A stretch of DNA of 52,282 bases, from NCBI GenBank assembly GCA_051884095.1, contig JBJEUZ010000016.1, forward strand, positions 1-52,282, in the 5' to 3' direction. The notes under the pieces were generated by a model that was not told where the DNA came from, ran no database searches, and saw nothing but the letters and a program-made list of their open reading frames with translations. Positions 25,463 to 34,735 of the stretch are shown here, piece after piece. Both the position numbers and the translations under genes were made by a program. The first letter of the stretch is position 1. Every line of letters begins with the position of its first letter. Source of the stretch: Candidatus Coproplasma sp. GTDB lineage: Bacteria; Bacillota; Clostridia; Christensenellales; Borkfalkiaceae.

Positions 25463-26641
25463 TTATTTAGCGTCGGATAAAATTTTGTAGATATCCATTT
25501 CGTACAGTTTTTTTGCGCTGCCCTTTACGCCGCCGCCCGTCCAGGCGCACTGCCTTGCCATACGCGCAAGCTCCCTTTCGGTGGGGTTGACGCCCAGCTC
25601 GGAAAGGGTCGTAGGCATACCGATCGAGCGCAGGAATTCTTCAAACTCCTCTATGCCGCGGAGCGCAAGCTCTTCGCGCGTGCCGCTGGGACGGACGCCC
25701 ATTACGTGCACGGCAAACAGGTGAAAGAGGTTTAAGCAATCCTTGTATACGTACCGCGCCCACGCGCCCCATATTGCGGCAAGCCCTGCGCCGTGCGCTA
25801 CGTCGTACAGCCCAGAAAGCTCGTGCTCGATGCCGTGCACCGCCCAGTCGCCGCCGTCGTTTCCGCAGCCGGTAAGCCCGTTGTGCGAGAGCGAGCTCGC
25901 CCACATGATTTCCGCGCGCGCGTCAAGATTTTCGGGATTTGCCTTTAAAATTTTGGCGTTTGCAATCACCGTGCGCATCAACGCTTCGGCAATGGAATCT
26001 GTTATCTGCATATTCCCGCCCGAGGTGAAGTAGCGCTCCATCGTGTGCATAAGCACGTCGGTACAGCCGCACGCCGTCTGGTAGGGCGAAAGGGTTAACG
26101 TGAGCTCGGGATTCAAAATAGCGAACCTGGGGCGCGCATAGTTTGTGTTGCAGGCGCGCTTGAGCCAGCCTTCCTCGTTGGTTATGACCGAAGAATTGCT
26201 CATTTCGCTGCCAGCCGCCGCAAAGGTGAGCACCACGCCTATCGGAAGGCAGGATACAGGCTTGCGGATTCCTTCGTAAAAGTCCCAAACCTCGCCCTCG
26301 TTGGCAACGCCGTAGCCTATCGCCTTGGCGGAGTCTATTACCGAACCGCCGCCCACGGCAAGAATGAAGTCTGCGCCCTCGGCGCGGCACATTTCTATGC
26401 CCCTGTGCACGAGTGAAAGTCTGGGATTGGGCTGAACTCCGCCCAGCTCGAAGTACTCCACCTGCGCTTCCCTGAGCGCCGACCTGACGACTGCCAGAAT
26501 TCCGCTCTTTTCCGCGCTCGAACCGCCGTAGTGCAGCATAACCTTTTTACAGCCAGCGTCTTTGAGATACCCGACGAGTTTGCCCTCGCTCTTTTTTCCG
26601 AACGCCACCTTGGTCGGGGTATAGTATTCGAAATCGTACAA
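25463..26641 (-). CDS. Iron-containing (group III) alcohol dehydrogenase, butanol dehydrogenase-like
   Basis: 392 aa. It contains GGGSVIDSAKAI (the NAD-binding GGGS motif) and the metal-binding His cluster HGIEHELSGLYDVAHGAGLA. Confidence 0.9.
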   Translation of the reverse strand: MYDFEYYTPTKVAFGKKSEGKLVGYLKDAGCKKVMLHYGGSSAEKSGILAVVRSALREAQVEYFELGGVQPNPRLSLVHRGIEMCRAEGADFILAVGGGSVIDSAKAIGYGVANEGEVWDFYEGIRKPVSCLPIGVVLTFAAAGSEMSNSSVITNEEGWLKRACNTNYARPRFAILNPELTLTLSPYQTACGCTDVLMHTMERYFTSGGNMQITDSIAEALMRTVIANAKILKANPENLDARAEIMWASSLSHNGLTGCGNDGGDWAVHGIEHELSGLYDVAHGAGLAAIWGAWARYVYKDCLNLFHLFAVHVMGVRPSGTREELALRGIEEFEEFLRSIGMPTTLSELGVNPTERELARMARQCAWTGGGVKGSAKKLYEMDIYKILSDAK

Positions 26642-26802
26642 TGTTTTTTCCTCCTTATCATGCTTGGCTAAAGCCGGACGGCGTCAGCCGAATTGCGGCG
26701 TTTCAGCCAGATTGTAGCAATACGGCTAGCCGCTTCCCCCGTCGGAAGATACTTTCCGACAAAATAATTATACAACCAATCTGCGCAACAATCAATAGGA
26801 GG

Positions 26803-26831
26803 TTGACAGATTTCACACGCCAAAGTATAAT
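26803..26831 (+). promoter_or_regulatory. Consensus sigma-70-type promoter for the asparaginase gene
   Basis: TTGACA (26803-26808), exactly 17 nt, TATAAT (26826-26831). A 21-nt leader with a GAGG SD precedes the ATG at 26853. Confidence 0.65.
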
Positions 26832-26852
26832 ATTTTTTACGAGGTTTAGGGT

Positions 26853-27869
26853 ATGAAGAACAGAATTTTCGTTATTTTTACGGGTGGAACCATAGGCAGC
26901 GCGGTCACGGGCGGAAGCGTAAATCTTGACGGCGGCACGAAAAAGGCGCTCATAGACAAGTACGAGAGGTTGCGCGGCGACTATATCGCCTTCGACTTTT
27001 CGTCGCCCGTAAATATGCTGAGCGAAAACGTGCAGAAAGAGGACCTTTTGGCAATTTTTAACGAGGTAAAAAAGGTTGACCCCGAAAAGTACGACGGCGT
27101 GATTATCACCCACGGCACGGATTCGCTATGCTTTACCGCCAATTGGCTTTCGCAGGTGTTGAGCGATATAAGCTACCCCGTGGTGCTGGTATCCTCGCTG
27201 TATCCCCTGGGCGACCCGCGCTCTAACGGCGTGGACAACTTTGCGGGCGCGGTGGCGTTTATTGAAAGGACGCGCCTGCGCGGAGTTTACGTCAGCTTTA
27301 AAAACGACGACGAACCGATTAAGATTCACCTTGCCAGCAGACTTACCTACTGCGACCAGCTGAATGGCTCGTACCACAGCGTGCTGGGCGAATATTTTGC
27401 CGATACCGACGGGCAGAACGTGAATATTATGACCTCTTTGCACAATCCCGCGCCCGAGCGCATACGCAGTGAGATAAGCGCGCCCATACCCCCGCTTTTG
27501 TGCGACGAAATTATGCTTATTACCGCGCATTCGCTTTTGAACTTTGCGCTGTACGACTTTGACAAGACAAGGCCGAAGGCAGTTATTGTTGAACTTTACC
27601 ACAGCGGAACGGTGTGCACGCGCGGAGACAATTTAAACTTTTTGAAATTTGCCCAATACTGCAAATCGCGCGGAGTAAAGGTCATTCTGGCGCCCGTGAA
27701 CAGCTCGGCAAACGTATATGCAAGCATGAACAGCCTGCCGGAAGAAGTGATTGTCTGCCGCGATATGTCGTTTGAAATGTGTCTTGCAAAGGTCATGGGC
27801 GCGCTGGGCGCCAACCTTGCCCCCGACGCATATTTAGAGGACAACCTGTTCTTTGAAAAATTAATTTAG
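26853..27869 (+). CDS. L-asparaginase (type I/glutaminase-asparaginase family)
   Basis: 338 aa. Active-site motifs IFTGGTIGS and ITHGTDSL are present. Confidence 0.8.
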   Translation: MKNRIFVIFTGGTIGSAVTGGSVNLDGGTKKALIDKYERLRGDYIAFDFSSPVNMLSENVQKEDLLAIFNEVKKVDPEKYDGVIITHGTDSLCFTANWLSQVLSDISYPVVLVSSLYPLGDPRSNGVDNFAGAVAFIERTRLRGVYVSFKNDDEPIKIHLASRLTYCDQLNGSYHSVLGEYFADTDGQNVNIMTSLHNPAPERIRSEISAPIPPLLCDEIMLITAHSLLNFALYDFDKTRPKAVIVELYHSGTVCTRGDNLNFLKFAQYCKSRGVKVILAPVNSSANVYASMNSLPEEVIVCRDMSFEMCLAKVMGALGANLAPDAYLEDNLFFEKLI

Positions 27870-27912
27870 TAAAACGTCAACAAGAAAAAAGTGCTAAAAT
27901 CCGATTAAGATA

Positions 27913-27960
27913 GCGGCGCGCAAGCCGAAAGGGCTTGCGCGCCGCTATAATTTTACTTTT
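27913..27960. terminator. Bidirectional terminator between the asparaginase and yhaN-like genes
   Basis: 14-bp stem GCGGCGCGCAAGCC-gaaag-GGCTTGCGCGCCGC followed by TATAATTTTACTTTTTTT. Confidence 0.75.
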
Positions 27961-27961
27961 T

Positions 27962-30514
27962 TTACATTCTGCGGCTTTCGTGACAACAGAAATATATAAA
28001 CTGCCTGTCCTTTGAAAGCTCGGACAATAAATTTTTTGCTTTGGCTAAGCCGTCTTCGTCAAGGTCGGCAAACGGGTCGTCCATTATTATGAACGGCTTT
28101 TCGTCCGCGTACATATTGTCTATGAGCGCAAGGCGGAAGCACAGCGACCACGCCGCGCGTTGTCCCGCGCTTAAATAGTCTGCCGAACGGAGCTCGCCGC
28201 CGCTCTCGAAGGACAGGGCAAAGTCCTTGCCCATCACCACCTTTACGTCCGCAACCTTTTCCATAACCTTTGCTAGTTTGGTAAATTCCCTCTTTATGGG
28301 CGATACGTACTCCTCGTTCAATCTGTCCTCTGCAAGTTTTAAAGCCCTGCCCGCGGCGGTTAAGACCTCGTACCTTGTATTCAGCTCCTTAAGCTCTTCC
28401 TCGGCGATTTCCAGCCTGCCGACGTACTCGTTAAGCGTATCGATTCTGACCTCGTCGTCGGCGATTACGCGGTCTAAATCTGCCAACTGCCTGCGCGATA
28501 AGCTGAGCTCTTCGGCAAAATCTCCGCCGGCGACGGGCGCGGGGCGGTCGGTAAGGGAATTTTCCGATTTGAACTTTTCAGCCTTTTTCCGACCCTCTTC
28601 AACCTCTCTTTTAAGCCTTGAAATCAGCTCTCCGTCGCGCGCCAGCTCGGAATTTATATCGCCCTCGCCTTCGGTTATGCCGTACTTTCCAAGCACGCCC
28701 GCAATGGTCTTTTCTGCGTCCGCAAGCTGACTCTTTAGCTCTGCTTGCAGGTTTTCCGCCGCCTTCTTTTCGCCGTTCAGGCGGGTATATTCCCCGACCA
28801 ACGCGTTCAAGTCCGTCAAATTCGCGGCAAGGTCGCCGCTCAGACCGTATGCGGAAAAGTAAGTTTTTAACCGTTCGGTAAGCCCTGACTCCTCTTCGCA
28901 GAGCGAATCCAGCTTTTTCCTTTCGCCAATCTGCGCCGCGTTCAGCGCGGCGTATTCGTTCAAATCATCCTCGAACCTCTTAAAGTCGTAAACGACGTCG
29001 GAAGAATACACGCCGTAGGGCACTAAGAACGCGCGGATTTCGTCCTCTGCCGCCTTCATGCGCGCCTTTACCGAGGCCGTCGCCGCGGCGCTATCGGGCG
29101 AAGCCTTTACCCTGCCCCTACCGATTGACATTATTATTACAGCCGCCGCCAAGCCCACGGCTCCGACCGCAAACAGGGCAATTGCGGCAACCTGCCAGGC
29201 AGAAATTATCGCCGCGCCGCCGATAAAGCAAGCCGCGGCAATTACCGCCGCCACAGCGGCGTACAGGTTCTTGCGCCTTCGCGCGGGCTGAGGGCTCGGC
29301 GTCTGCCGCTCGGACAGCTCCAGAAGTTCGCTTCTTGCCAGCTCGTACCGCTTTACGTCCGCACGCCTTGCCTCCAGCTCCGCCTCGGACACGGCCCTGT
29401 TTTCAAACCGCGATTTAAGCGCGGCGTACTTTTCGTCCGCAGAGGTGCAAAGTCCGTCCTTTTCTACCTTGATTTCGCGCAGTCTGTCGACACCTTTCTG
29501 CGCCGCCTCCAGCCCGTCTCTGTCGGGCACGCCCGATTCAAACAGGTTTGAAAGCTCGGACAGCCTTCCCTGCTTTTCGGCGGACAAGCCGACGGCGTTT
29601 AGCCTTGCCGCCAGCGCGGTTGCGTTCCTTGTTGAAGCCGCAAGCGCGGAGAGTTCTCCGCTATCGGGCAAGCCCGCGGGGTATTTTTTTGAGAGCGCGG
29701 CAAGCTCCTCGCTCTTCGCCTCTGTCGAGCTTGTTATATTGTCGTAAATCGCCCACTTGCCGAGCGCCACCTCGCGGCGGTTGCGCTCCTTTTCCGTACG
29801 TTCGAGCTGCGAAATTTTATCGGTGAGCGCCTTGCGCTCGTCGTAGCGACCTGCCAGGCTCTTCTCTATGGTCTTAAGGTTTTCCACCGTGTTCTTGAGG
29901 TCGGAAATTTTAGCTTTCTGCACCTCTATTTCGCCCTTGCCGCCCCGCTTTTTCAGCGCCTTTGCCGCCTCGTCCAGCGCGGTCTGCGCCGCCTTGGCGT
30001 CCCTTTCGCCTTCGACGGCGAACACGTAGTTGTTCAGCTTTGCGTTAATGCAGCCCGTCGCGCGCATTTCAGCCCCTTCGCCCGTCACGTACGCCGTGCG
30101 CAGAAACGACTGCTCGTCCAGCCCGAAGATTATTTCACCCACCGTTCTGCCGCCCGAATTTCTGGCGTCGAAAATCGACGTGGGCGCGCCGTTTTCAAAG
30201 GCGTTCAAGGTATCGTCCGCCTCGGTCTTGCCGCCGAAAAACCGCTCTATGCGGTACTCCTTTCCGTTCGCCCAAAAGGTGATGTTGCCGCCGTATTTGC
30301 CGCCCGAAAAGGGCTTGTAGTGTATTCTGTCGTTGAATTTTGAATTGGTCTTTGCCGCGGGCAGACCGTAGAACATTGCCTTTATAAACGCCGCAAGCGT
30401 GCTCTTGCCGAACCCGTTGGGTTTGCAGAATTGGTTTATGCCGTCGGTAAAATCAAAGTCGGCCGAGCTTATTGCGCCAAAGTTTTCAACGTGGCAGGAA
30501 ATAAGTTTCATCAT
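27962..30514 (-). CDS. SbcC/Rad50-like AAA ATPase, YhaN (SbcE)-type, with a central hydrophobic hairpin
   Basis: 850 aa. Walker A NGFGKSTLAAF, long coiled-coil regions, signature LSAGQRAAWSLCFRLAL and Walker B FIIMDDPFADLD. Two predicted TM helices lie mid-protein (NLYAAVAAVIAAACFIGGAAIISAWQVAAIALFAVGAVGLAAAVIIMSIG). Confidence 0.8.
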   Translation of the reverse strand: MMKLISCHVENFGAISSADFDFTDGINQFCKPNGFGKSTLAAFIKAMFYGLPAAKTNSKFNDRIHYKPFSGGKYGGNITFWANGKEYRIERFFGGKTEADDTLNAFENGAPTSIFDARNSGGRTVGEIIFGLDEQSFLRTAYVTGEGAEMRATGCINAKLNNYVFAVEGERDAKAAQTALDEAAKALKKRGGKGEIEVQKAKISDLKNTVENLKTIEKSLAGRYDERKALTDKISQLERTEKERNRREVALGKWAIYDNITSSTEAKSEELAALSKKYPAGLPDSGELSALAASTRNATALAARLNAVGLSAEKQGRLSELSNLFESGVPDRDGLEAAQKGVDRLREIKVEKDGLCTSADEKYAALKSRFENRAVSEAELEARRADVKRYELARSELLELSERQTPSPQPARRRKNLYAAVAAVIAAACFIGGAAIISAWQVAAIALFAVGAVGLAAAVIIMSIGRGRVKASPDSAAATASVKARMKAAEDEIRAFLVPYGVYSSDVVYDFKRFEDDLNEYAALNAAQIGERKKLDSLCEEESGLTERLKTYFSAYGLSGDLAANLTDLNALVGEYTRLNGEKKAAENLQAELKSQLADAEKTIAGVLGKYGITEGEGDINSELARDGELISRLKREVEEGRKKAEKFKSENSLTDRPAPVAGGDFAEELSLSRRQLADLDRVIADDEVRIDTLNEYVGRLEIAEEELKELNTRYEVLTAAGRALKLAEDRLNEEYVSPIKREFTKLAKVMEKVADVKVVMGKDFALSFESGGELRSADYLSAGQRAAWSLCFRLALIDNMYADEKPFIIMDDPFADLDEDGLAKAKNLLSELSKDRQFIYFCCHESRRM

Positions 30515-31587
30515 TCTACCTCCCTGCCCGCAAGAGCCTTCAGCCCCACGGATACCACGCGCGACTTGAGTTCCGGCGGGATACTTTCATCGGCAAGCAC
30601 GGTGCGGATAAACTCGCCCTTCAGCGACTTGTCCAGCGCGAGCTTTTCCACGTCAAAGCGGCGATAGGTCTTGTCCTTGACCGAAACGAAGAAATAATCG
30701 CCCTCCAGCTTCTTTAAAATATCGCCCGCCAAATCCTGATTGTCAAAGGGTATTTCCCCGACTACGTTCAGCCGCACAAGGTCGTCGCCAGTACACTGTT
30801 TGCTTCCGTAGACCTCCGCGCAGGCGATATCGCGCGCCTCGAACAGCTCGTCCGCGCCCGAAACGTCGGCGGTAATTTCCACGATTTTACGCTTTGCGAA
30901 GGGCACGAACTCATAAGAAATCTTTTCGTCCGCCGTGATGAGGATAAAGCCCTTTTCGCCCGCCTCGTCGAAGCCGCGCCCCTCGAGACAGCCGCTGTAG
31001 GCGTAGCTTCCGCGCTCGTCCAGCTTGCCCTCGGAAAATTCGTGAATATGACCCAGCGCGAGATAGTCGATATTCTTTTTACGCAGTTTTAAAAGGTTAA
31101 CCTTGTCCATGCCGTCGGCATTGCCCGCCTGACCGTGGAGCATTACTATGTTCAGTCCGTCCGCAGGAAGATTGAGCGTGGAATACAGCGAGCGCGCGTT
31201 TTCGTAAGCCATCTCTATGCCGCAGATATTTACGTTGCCGTAGCTGTAGGTCGTCCACGCGGTTGAAACAAAGGTCTTTAAGTTATCCGCGCTCTCTTCA
31301 TAGATCTGACCGCCGTCGTGATTGCCGCGAAGATATAAAAAATCTATCTCGGGATGGCTCTTAACTATATGGTAAAAGGCGTCCTTGTCCTTCTTTATGG
31401 GTCTGTCCGAATCGAACACGTCGCCCGAAAGCATAATGACCTTAACTCCGTTCTTTTGTGCGAAGCCGACCATTCTTTCAAACGTGGCAAGAACTTCCGC
31501 CCTTCTTATTCTTACTTTGTCGGCAGGCAGACGGGAATCTATCTTTGAACCGAGATGCACGTCCGCGCAGTGAATTATCTTTATCAT
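30511..31587 (-). CDS. SbcD/Mre11-like metallophosphoesterase, YhaO-type
   Basis: All calcineurin-fold motifs are present: HCADVHLG, SGDVFD, RGNHDG, MLHG and GHIHE. The stop overlaps the yhaN-like start (ATGA). I prefer the ATG at 31587 (GGGAGA upstream) over the TTG at 31599. Confidence 0.85.
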   Translation of the reverse strand: MIKIIHCADVHLGSKIDSRLPADKVRIRRAEVLATFERMVGFAQKNGVKVIMLSGDVFDSDRPIKKDKDAFYHIVKSHPEIDFLYLRGNHDGGQIYEESADNLKTFVSTAWTTYSYGNVNICGIEMAYENARSLYSTLNLPADGLNIVMLHGQAGNADGMDKVNLLKLRKKNIDYLALGHIHEFSEGKLDERGSYAYSGCLEGRGFDEAGEKGFILITADEKISYEFVPFAKRKIVEITADVSGADELFEARDIACAEVYGSKQCTGDDLVRLNVVGEIPFDNQDLAGDILKKLEGDYFFVSVKDKTYRRFDVEKLALDKSLKGEFIRTVLADESIPPELKSRVVSVGLKALAGREVE

Positions 31588-31607
31588 TCTGTCTCCCAAT
31601 TTACGTA

Positions 31608-32786
31608 TCAGTCGGCGTCGGGCGCCGTAACGTACAGTTTAAAATATGCCGAGCCGTTGCCCGCGGCGTTGTACGCCTTGATATATACCACTTCGCCCGC
31701 CTTAAGGGTGAGCTTAAACGAATGCCAGCCGTCGGCGGGGCAGTTGGTCTGCTCCGACTGCTCCCCTTTGGCGCAGTTAAAGGCGGTCAGGCTTACCTCG
31801 GCTCCGCTTGTGGAAAAGTTTACCGTATATTCGCCGTCGGAAAACGCCGCAAAGTAGGTATAAAACGCGTAGCTTTCGGTAAAGTCGGCGGTCAGCGTCC
31901 TGTATACGGCGCTTTCGGGCGAATTGCAGTCCGAGGTTATATCGCGCACGACGTATGCGCCGTTGGTTGCAATCTCGTACCAGCCCGCATACAGAACCAA
32001 ATCGCCCTCGACAGCTAAATCGAAGTTATAGGGCGTAGCGCACCCGACGTCGGTAAACCAGCCGTAAAAGATAAAGCCTGCGCGCTCCGGCGCAAAAAAT
32101 TGCGCGGTATTATGGTACTTAACCAGCCTTTGCTCGCTCTCGACGCCCGTATCGTAGGTTACGGTAAAGATTTCCGCCCGCCAGCCCGCGTACAGCGTTT
32201 GGTCGCCCGCAACGGGAAGGGTAAAGTCAAACTCCTCACCGCCTTCGGGCAGGGTGAACCAGCCCGTGAATTCGTAGCCCTCGCGTTCGGGCGGGGTCGG
32301 CATATCGATAATTTCACCGCTCAGCGCCTGCACCGTAAGCGATTGCAAGCCGCCGTCAAAGCTGCCTCCGTTCGCCGAAAAGGTTACGCATAGCTTTCTC
32401 TTCCATACCGCGTATATGGTCAACTCTCCCGTGATTTTTTCGTCACCGAACAGGTTTTCTCCCGTACTATACCGCGACCAACCTGAAAAGGCGTAACCTT
32501 CGCGCTCGGGCAAGGGACAATCGGAAAGGGAAGAATTTTTTGAAAAGTTTATAATTTTGCAGGTCTCTTCGCCGAATTTACCGCCGTTGGCGTCGAAGGT
32601 TACGGCATAGAACACCTGCGAATCGGGCAGGGTATATCCGCAGATTACGCACACGCCGTCGGCGTTGAAGTCGTGCTCTGCCTTGCCCGAAATTTCGCCG
32701 CTGTGAGAGCAGGTTGCCGCGTGCCAATGCGCGGAGGAATCGCACGTCCATTCGTCGGAAAATTCGTGCGTATGCGAACTCTGCAC
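31608..32786 (-). CDS. Listeria-Bacteroides repeat (Flg_new-type) protein. The true start is unresolved.
   Basis: Four repeats of the pattern V.FdanGG...REGY.F.GW...........L.A.W. There is a Cys/His-rich N-terminal segment and a beta-rich C-terminal domain. The in-frame upstream sequence encodes a signal peptide but has no canonical start codon (see findings). Confidence 0.7.
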   Translation of the reverse strand: MQSSHTHEFSDEWTCDSSAHWHAATCSHSGEISGKAEHDFNADGVCVICGYTLPDSQVFYAVTFDANGGKFGEETCKIINFSKNSSLSDCPLPEREGYAFSGWSRYSTGENLFGDEKITGELTIYAVWKRKLCVTFSANGGSFDGGLQSLTVQALSGEIIDMPTPPEREGYEFTGWFTLPEGGEEFDFTLPVAGDQTLYAGWRAEIFTVTYDTGVESEQRLVKYHNTAQFFAPERAGFIFYGWFTDVGCATPYNFDLAVEGDLVLYAGWYEIATNGAYVVRDITSDCNSPESAVYRTLTADFTESYAFYTYFAAFSDGEYTVNFSTSGAEVSLTAFNCAKGEQSEQTNCPADGWHSFKLTLKAGEVVYIKAYNAAGNGSAYFKLYVTAPDAD

Positions 32787-33029
32787 GCACGCAGGGAACG
32801 GCGCGCAGCAAATTATTAACGCCGCTAAAGCGGCGGCAGCCCTTTTTAACGTAGCGTTCGCCCCCTCTTTTGTATTTAAAATATTTTAACACACCTTTAA
32901 CCGCATTGCAAGCGTAAATGCGCTACGGACGGCGCAAAGTGCTTTGCGCCGCCCGTTTAAAGCCGATTCGGTGACAAGGTATTTACTTTTCCGCAAATAT
33001 ACTGATTTTTTTATAGATTATCCCCCATA

Positions 33030-33938
33030 TTATAGCCCTTTGAACGCCGCGTTGACGTAATTTATGTGCTCGAACGCCGTAACCTGGCTTTGACGGGGCG
33101 CAAAGTATGTATCGTCTATATCCTCGCGCTGCATAAGCTCGTAAATTAAAAAACCGCGCTCCTCCAAAAGTTTTGTAAGGTGCAGAATGCCGAAGGACGA
33201 CTTTATCTCTTCCCCGCCCGCGCGCGCCATATCCAGCATATTGCGCACCCTTTTTATATCCGAGACAAACAGATTTTCGTCCGCGTAGTCGAACACAAGA
33301 CTGCTTCCCACCGCCGAAAGGCAGGCGATTTCGCCCAAAGTGCGGGAAATATCCTCTTTGGAAAGATAGTAAGTTACGCCCAGCCAACTGAAGAAGGTCT
33401 TTTTATTTTTATCGAAGCCCGCCCCTTCAAGCGCGGCGCGCAAGCCGTCCTTTGCAAAGTCCACGGGCACAAAGGCAAGGTTTTTGGGGAATTTCCAGCC
33501 GGCGCAGGCAATGCGGGCAAGTTTGTTTTCCTGCGTGGCGGGGTGATCGACCTCGAAAATTTTATGTTTTTTTAAAAATTCGGGATGGCGAAAGGCGAAC
33601 GTATCCAGCCCCGCACCCAGAATGACGTACTGCTCCGCGCCCGTCCGCACGGCGACGGCAAGCGCGTCCTCGCAAAATTTTGCCCGCGCAAGCGGAGTGG
33701 GCGCCAGGTGATTTTCAACGATATATTCCACCGCCTTATCGGGCGATTCAAAGCTCTTTTCGGGCTCGAAAAATGCGGCTGCCCCCGCAATATAGCCCTT
33801 TAAAGCCGAATACTCGCCGTCGGAAAGCAGCTTGCGCGCAAGATAGTCGTAAAATATCGGTTCGCCCGATTTTTCGGCGTGATATGCCCTTGCAAAGCAG
33901 GACATAAGCGAAGTTAAACTTGACTTACCCTTTTCCAT
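33030..33938 (-). CDS. Class I SAM-dependent methyltransferase (leucine carboxyl/O-methyltransferase, TIGR00027-like)
   Basis: 302 aa. It has SCFARAYHAE at the N-terminus, the SAM-binding motif YVILGAGLDTFAFR, and EVDHPATQ. Confidence 0.75.
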   Translation of the reverse strand: MEKGKSSLTSLMSCFARAYHAEKSGEPIFYDYLARKLLSDGEYSALKGYIAGAAAFFEPEKSFESPDKAVEYIVENHLAPTPLARAKFCEDALAVAVRTGAEQYVILGAGLDTFAFRHPEFLKKHKIFEVDHPATQENKLARIACAGWKFPKNLAFVPVDFAKDGLRAALEGAGFDKNKKTFFSWLGVTYYLSKEDISRTLGEIACLSAVGSSLVFDYADENLFVSDIKRVRNMLDMARAGGEEIKSSFGILHLTKLLEERGFLIYELMQREDIDDTYFAPRQSQVTAFEHINYVNAAFKGL

Positions 33939-33958
33939 TTCTCTATCCTGCCTTAACC

Positions 33959-34735
33959 TTACTCCGCGAGCACGGTTACGTTGCCCGAAACCGATTCCAC
34001 GCTAAAGATAACTTTACCGCCGCCGAAAAAGTAGGCGTTGCCCTGCTTTTCATAGGAAAGCGCGGAGTCGACGTTGCCGCTTACAGTATTCAGCTTCAAG
34101 CCGAAAACAGAGCCCGTTGGCACGGTTAGCGCAACGTTTGCGGAAACGACGTCGAATTCCGCGCTCTGAGGAAGCTCAACCAAGCCCAAAGCCACGTTGC
34201 CCGAAACCGTATCCACGTCAATTTCGTCCGCCGTCAGTTTGCCGACGTTGAGTCTGCCCGAAACGCAGTCTAAATCCAGCTCTTTTACCGACAGCTTTTC
34301 GGCGGAAATATCCGCGCTTACCGATTCTATCGACAGTTCGTTCAGGTTAAGCCCTTCGGGCAGAGTGACGGTGAGGCGCTTTTCAAACCTTTCGAACTTC
34401 CACTTGCCCGACGCGGCGAATTTTACTTTTAGCGTGCCGCCGTCGACCATATAGCGGAGTATCCACTCCTCGGGAATTTCCCCGTCGCGCTCCTCTTCCA
34501 GCTTGATAAAGGGCTCTTCGGCGTAGACCAACCGGATTCCGCCTGCTATCCAATCTATTTCGACGGCGGATATGTCCGCCTGAACGCTTCCGCCGCCCAC
34601 GGTATAGCTTTCTGCATTGTCGTACAGATAGTCGCTTTCGCCGCCGCCCGAATGGGTGTAGCTACAGCCTGCGACTAGCGCCGCAAAAGCAATTAAAAGG
34701 GCGCAAAGCCCCGCATATATATTACGTTTAATCAT
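33959..34735 (-). CDS. DUF4097 (putative adhesin beta-helix) lipoprotein
   Basis: Starting at the ATG at 34735 gives MIKRNIYAGLCALLIAFAALVAGCSY (lipobox VAGC). Repetitive V(S/D)...SG.(V/L) beta-solenoid-like segments follow. That ATG lies within the last codons of the upstream HD-GYP gene. Confidence 0.65.
   Translation of the reverse strand: MIKRNIYAGLCALLIAFAALVAGCSYTHSGGGESDYLYDNAESYTVGGGSVQADISAVEIDWIAGGIRLVYAEEPFIKLEEERDGEIPEEWILRYMVDGGTLKVKFAASGKWKFERFEKRLTVTLPEGLNLNELSIESVSADISAEKLSVKELDLDCVSGRLNVGKLTADEIDVDTVSGNVALGLVELPQSAEFDVVSANVALTVPTGSVFGLKLNTVSGNVDSALSYEKQGNAYFFGGGKVIFSVESVSGNVTVLAE

Noticed and set aside
27905-27913. ATTAAGATA word next to the terminator at 27.9 kb, considered as a further copy of the intergenic repeat family
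   Set aside because: Only a 9-mer is shared, which is roughly expected by chance in 2 x 52 kb. The remainder is an ordinary terminator hairpin with no alignment to the element.
27962-31587. AAA ATPase plus metallophosphoesterase pair, considered as a phage-defence system (Lamassu, Gabija or OLD-like)
   Set aside because: Motif content and 4-nt coupled gene order match the housekeeping SbcD/SbcC paralogs YhaO/YhaN of Firmicutes. There are no additional effector genes, no mobile-element context and no compositional break.
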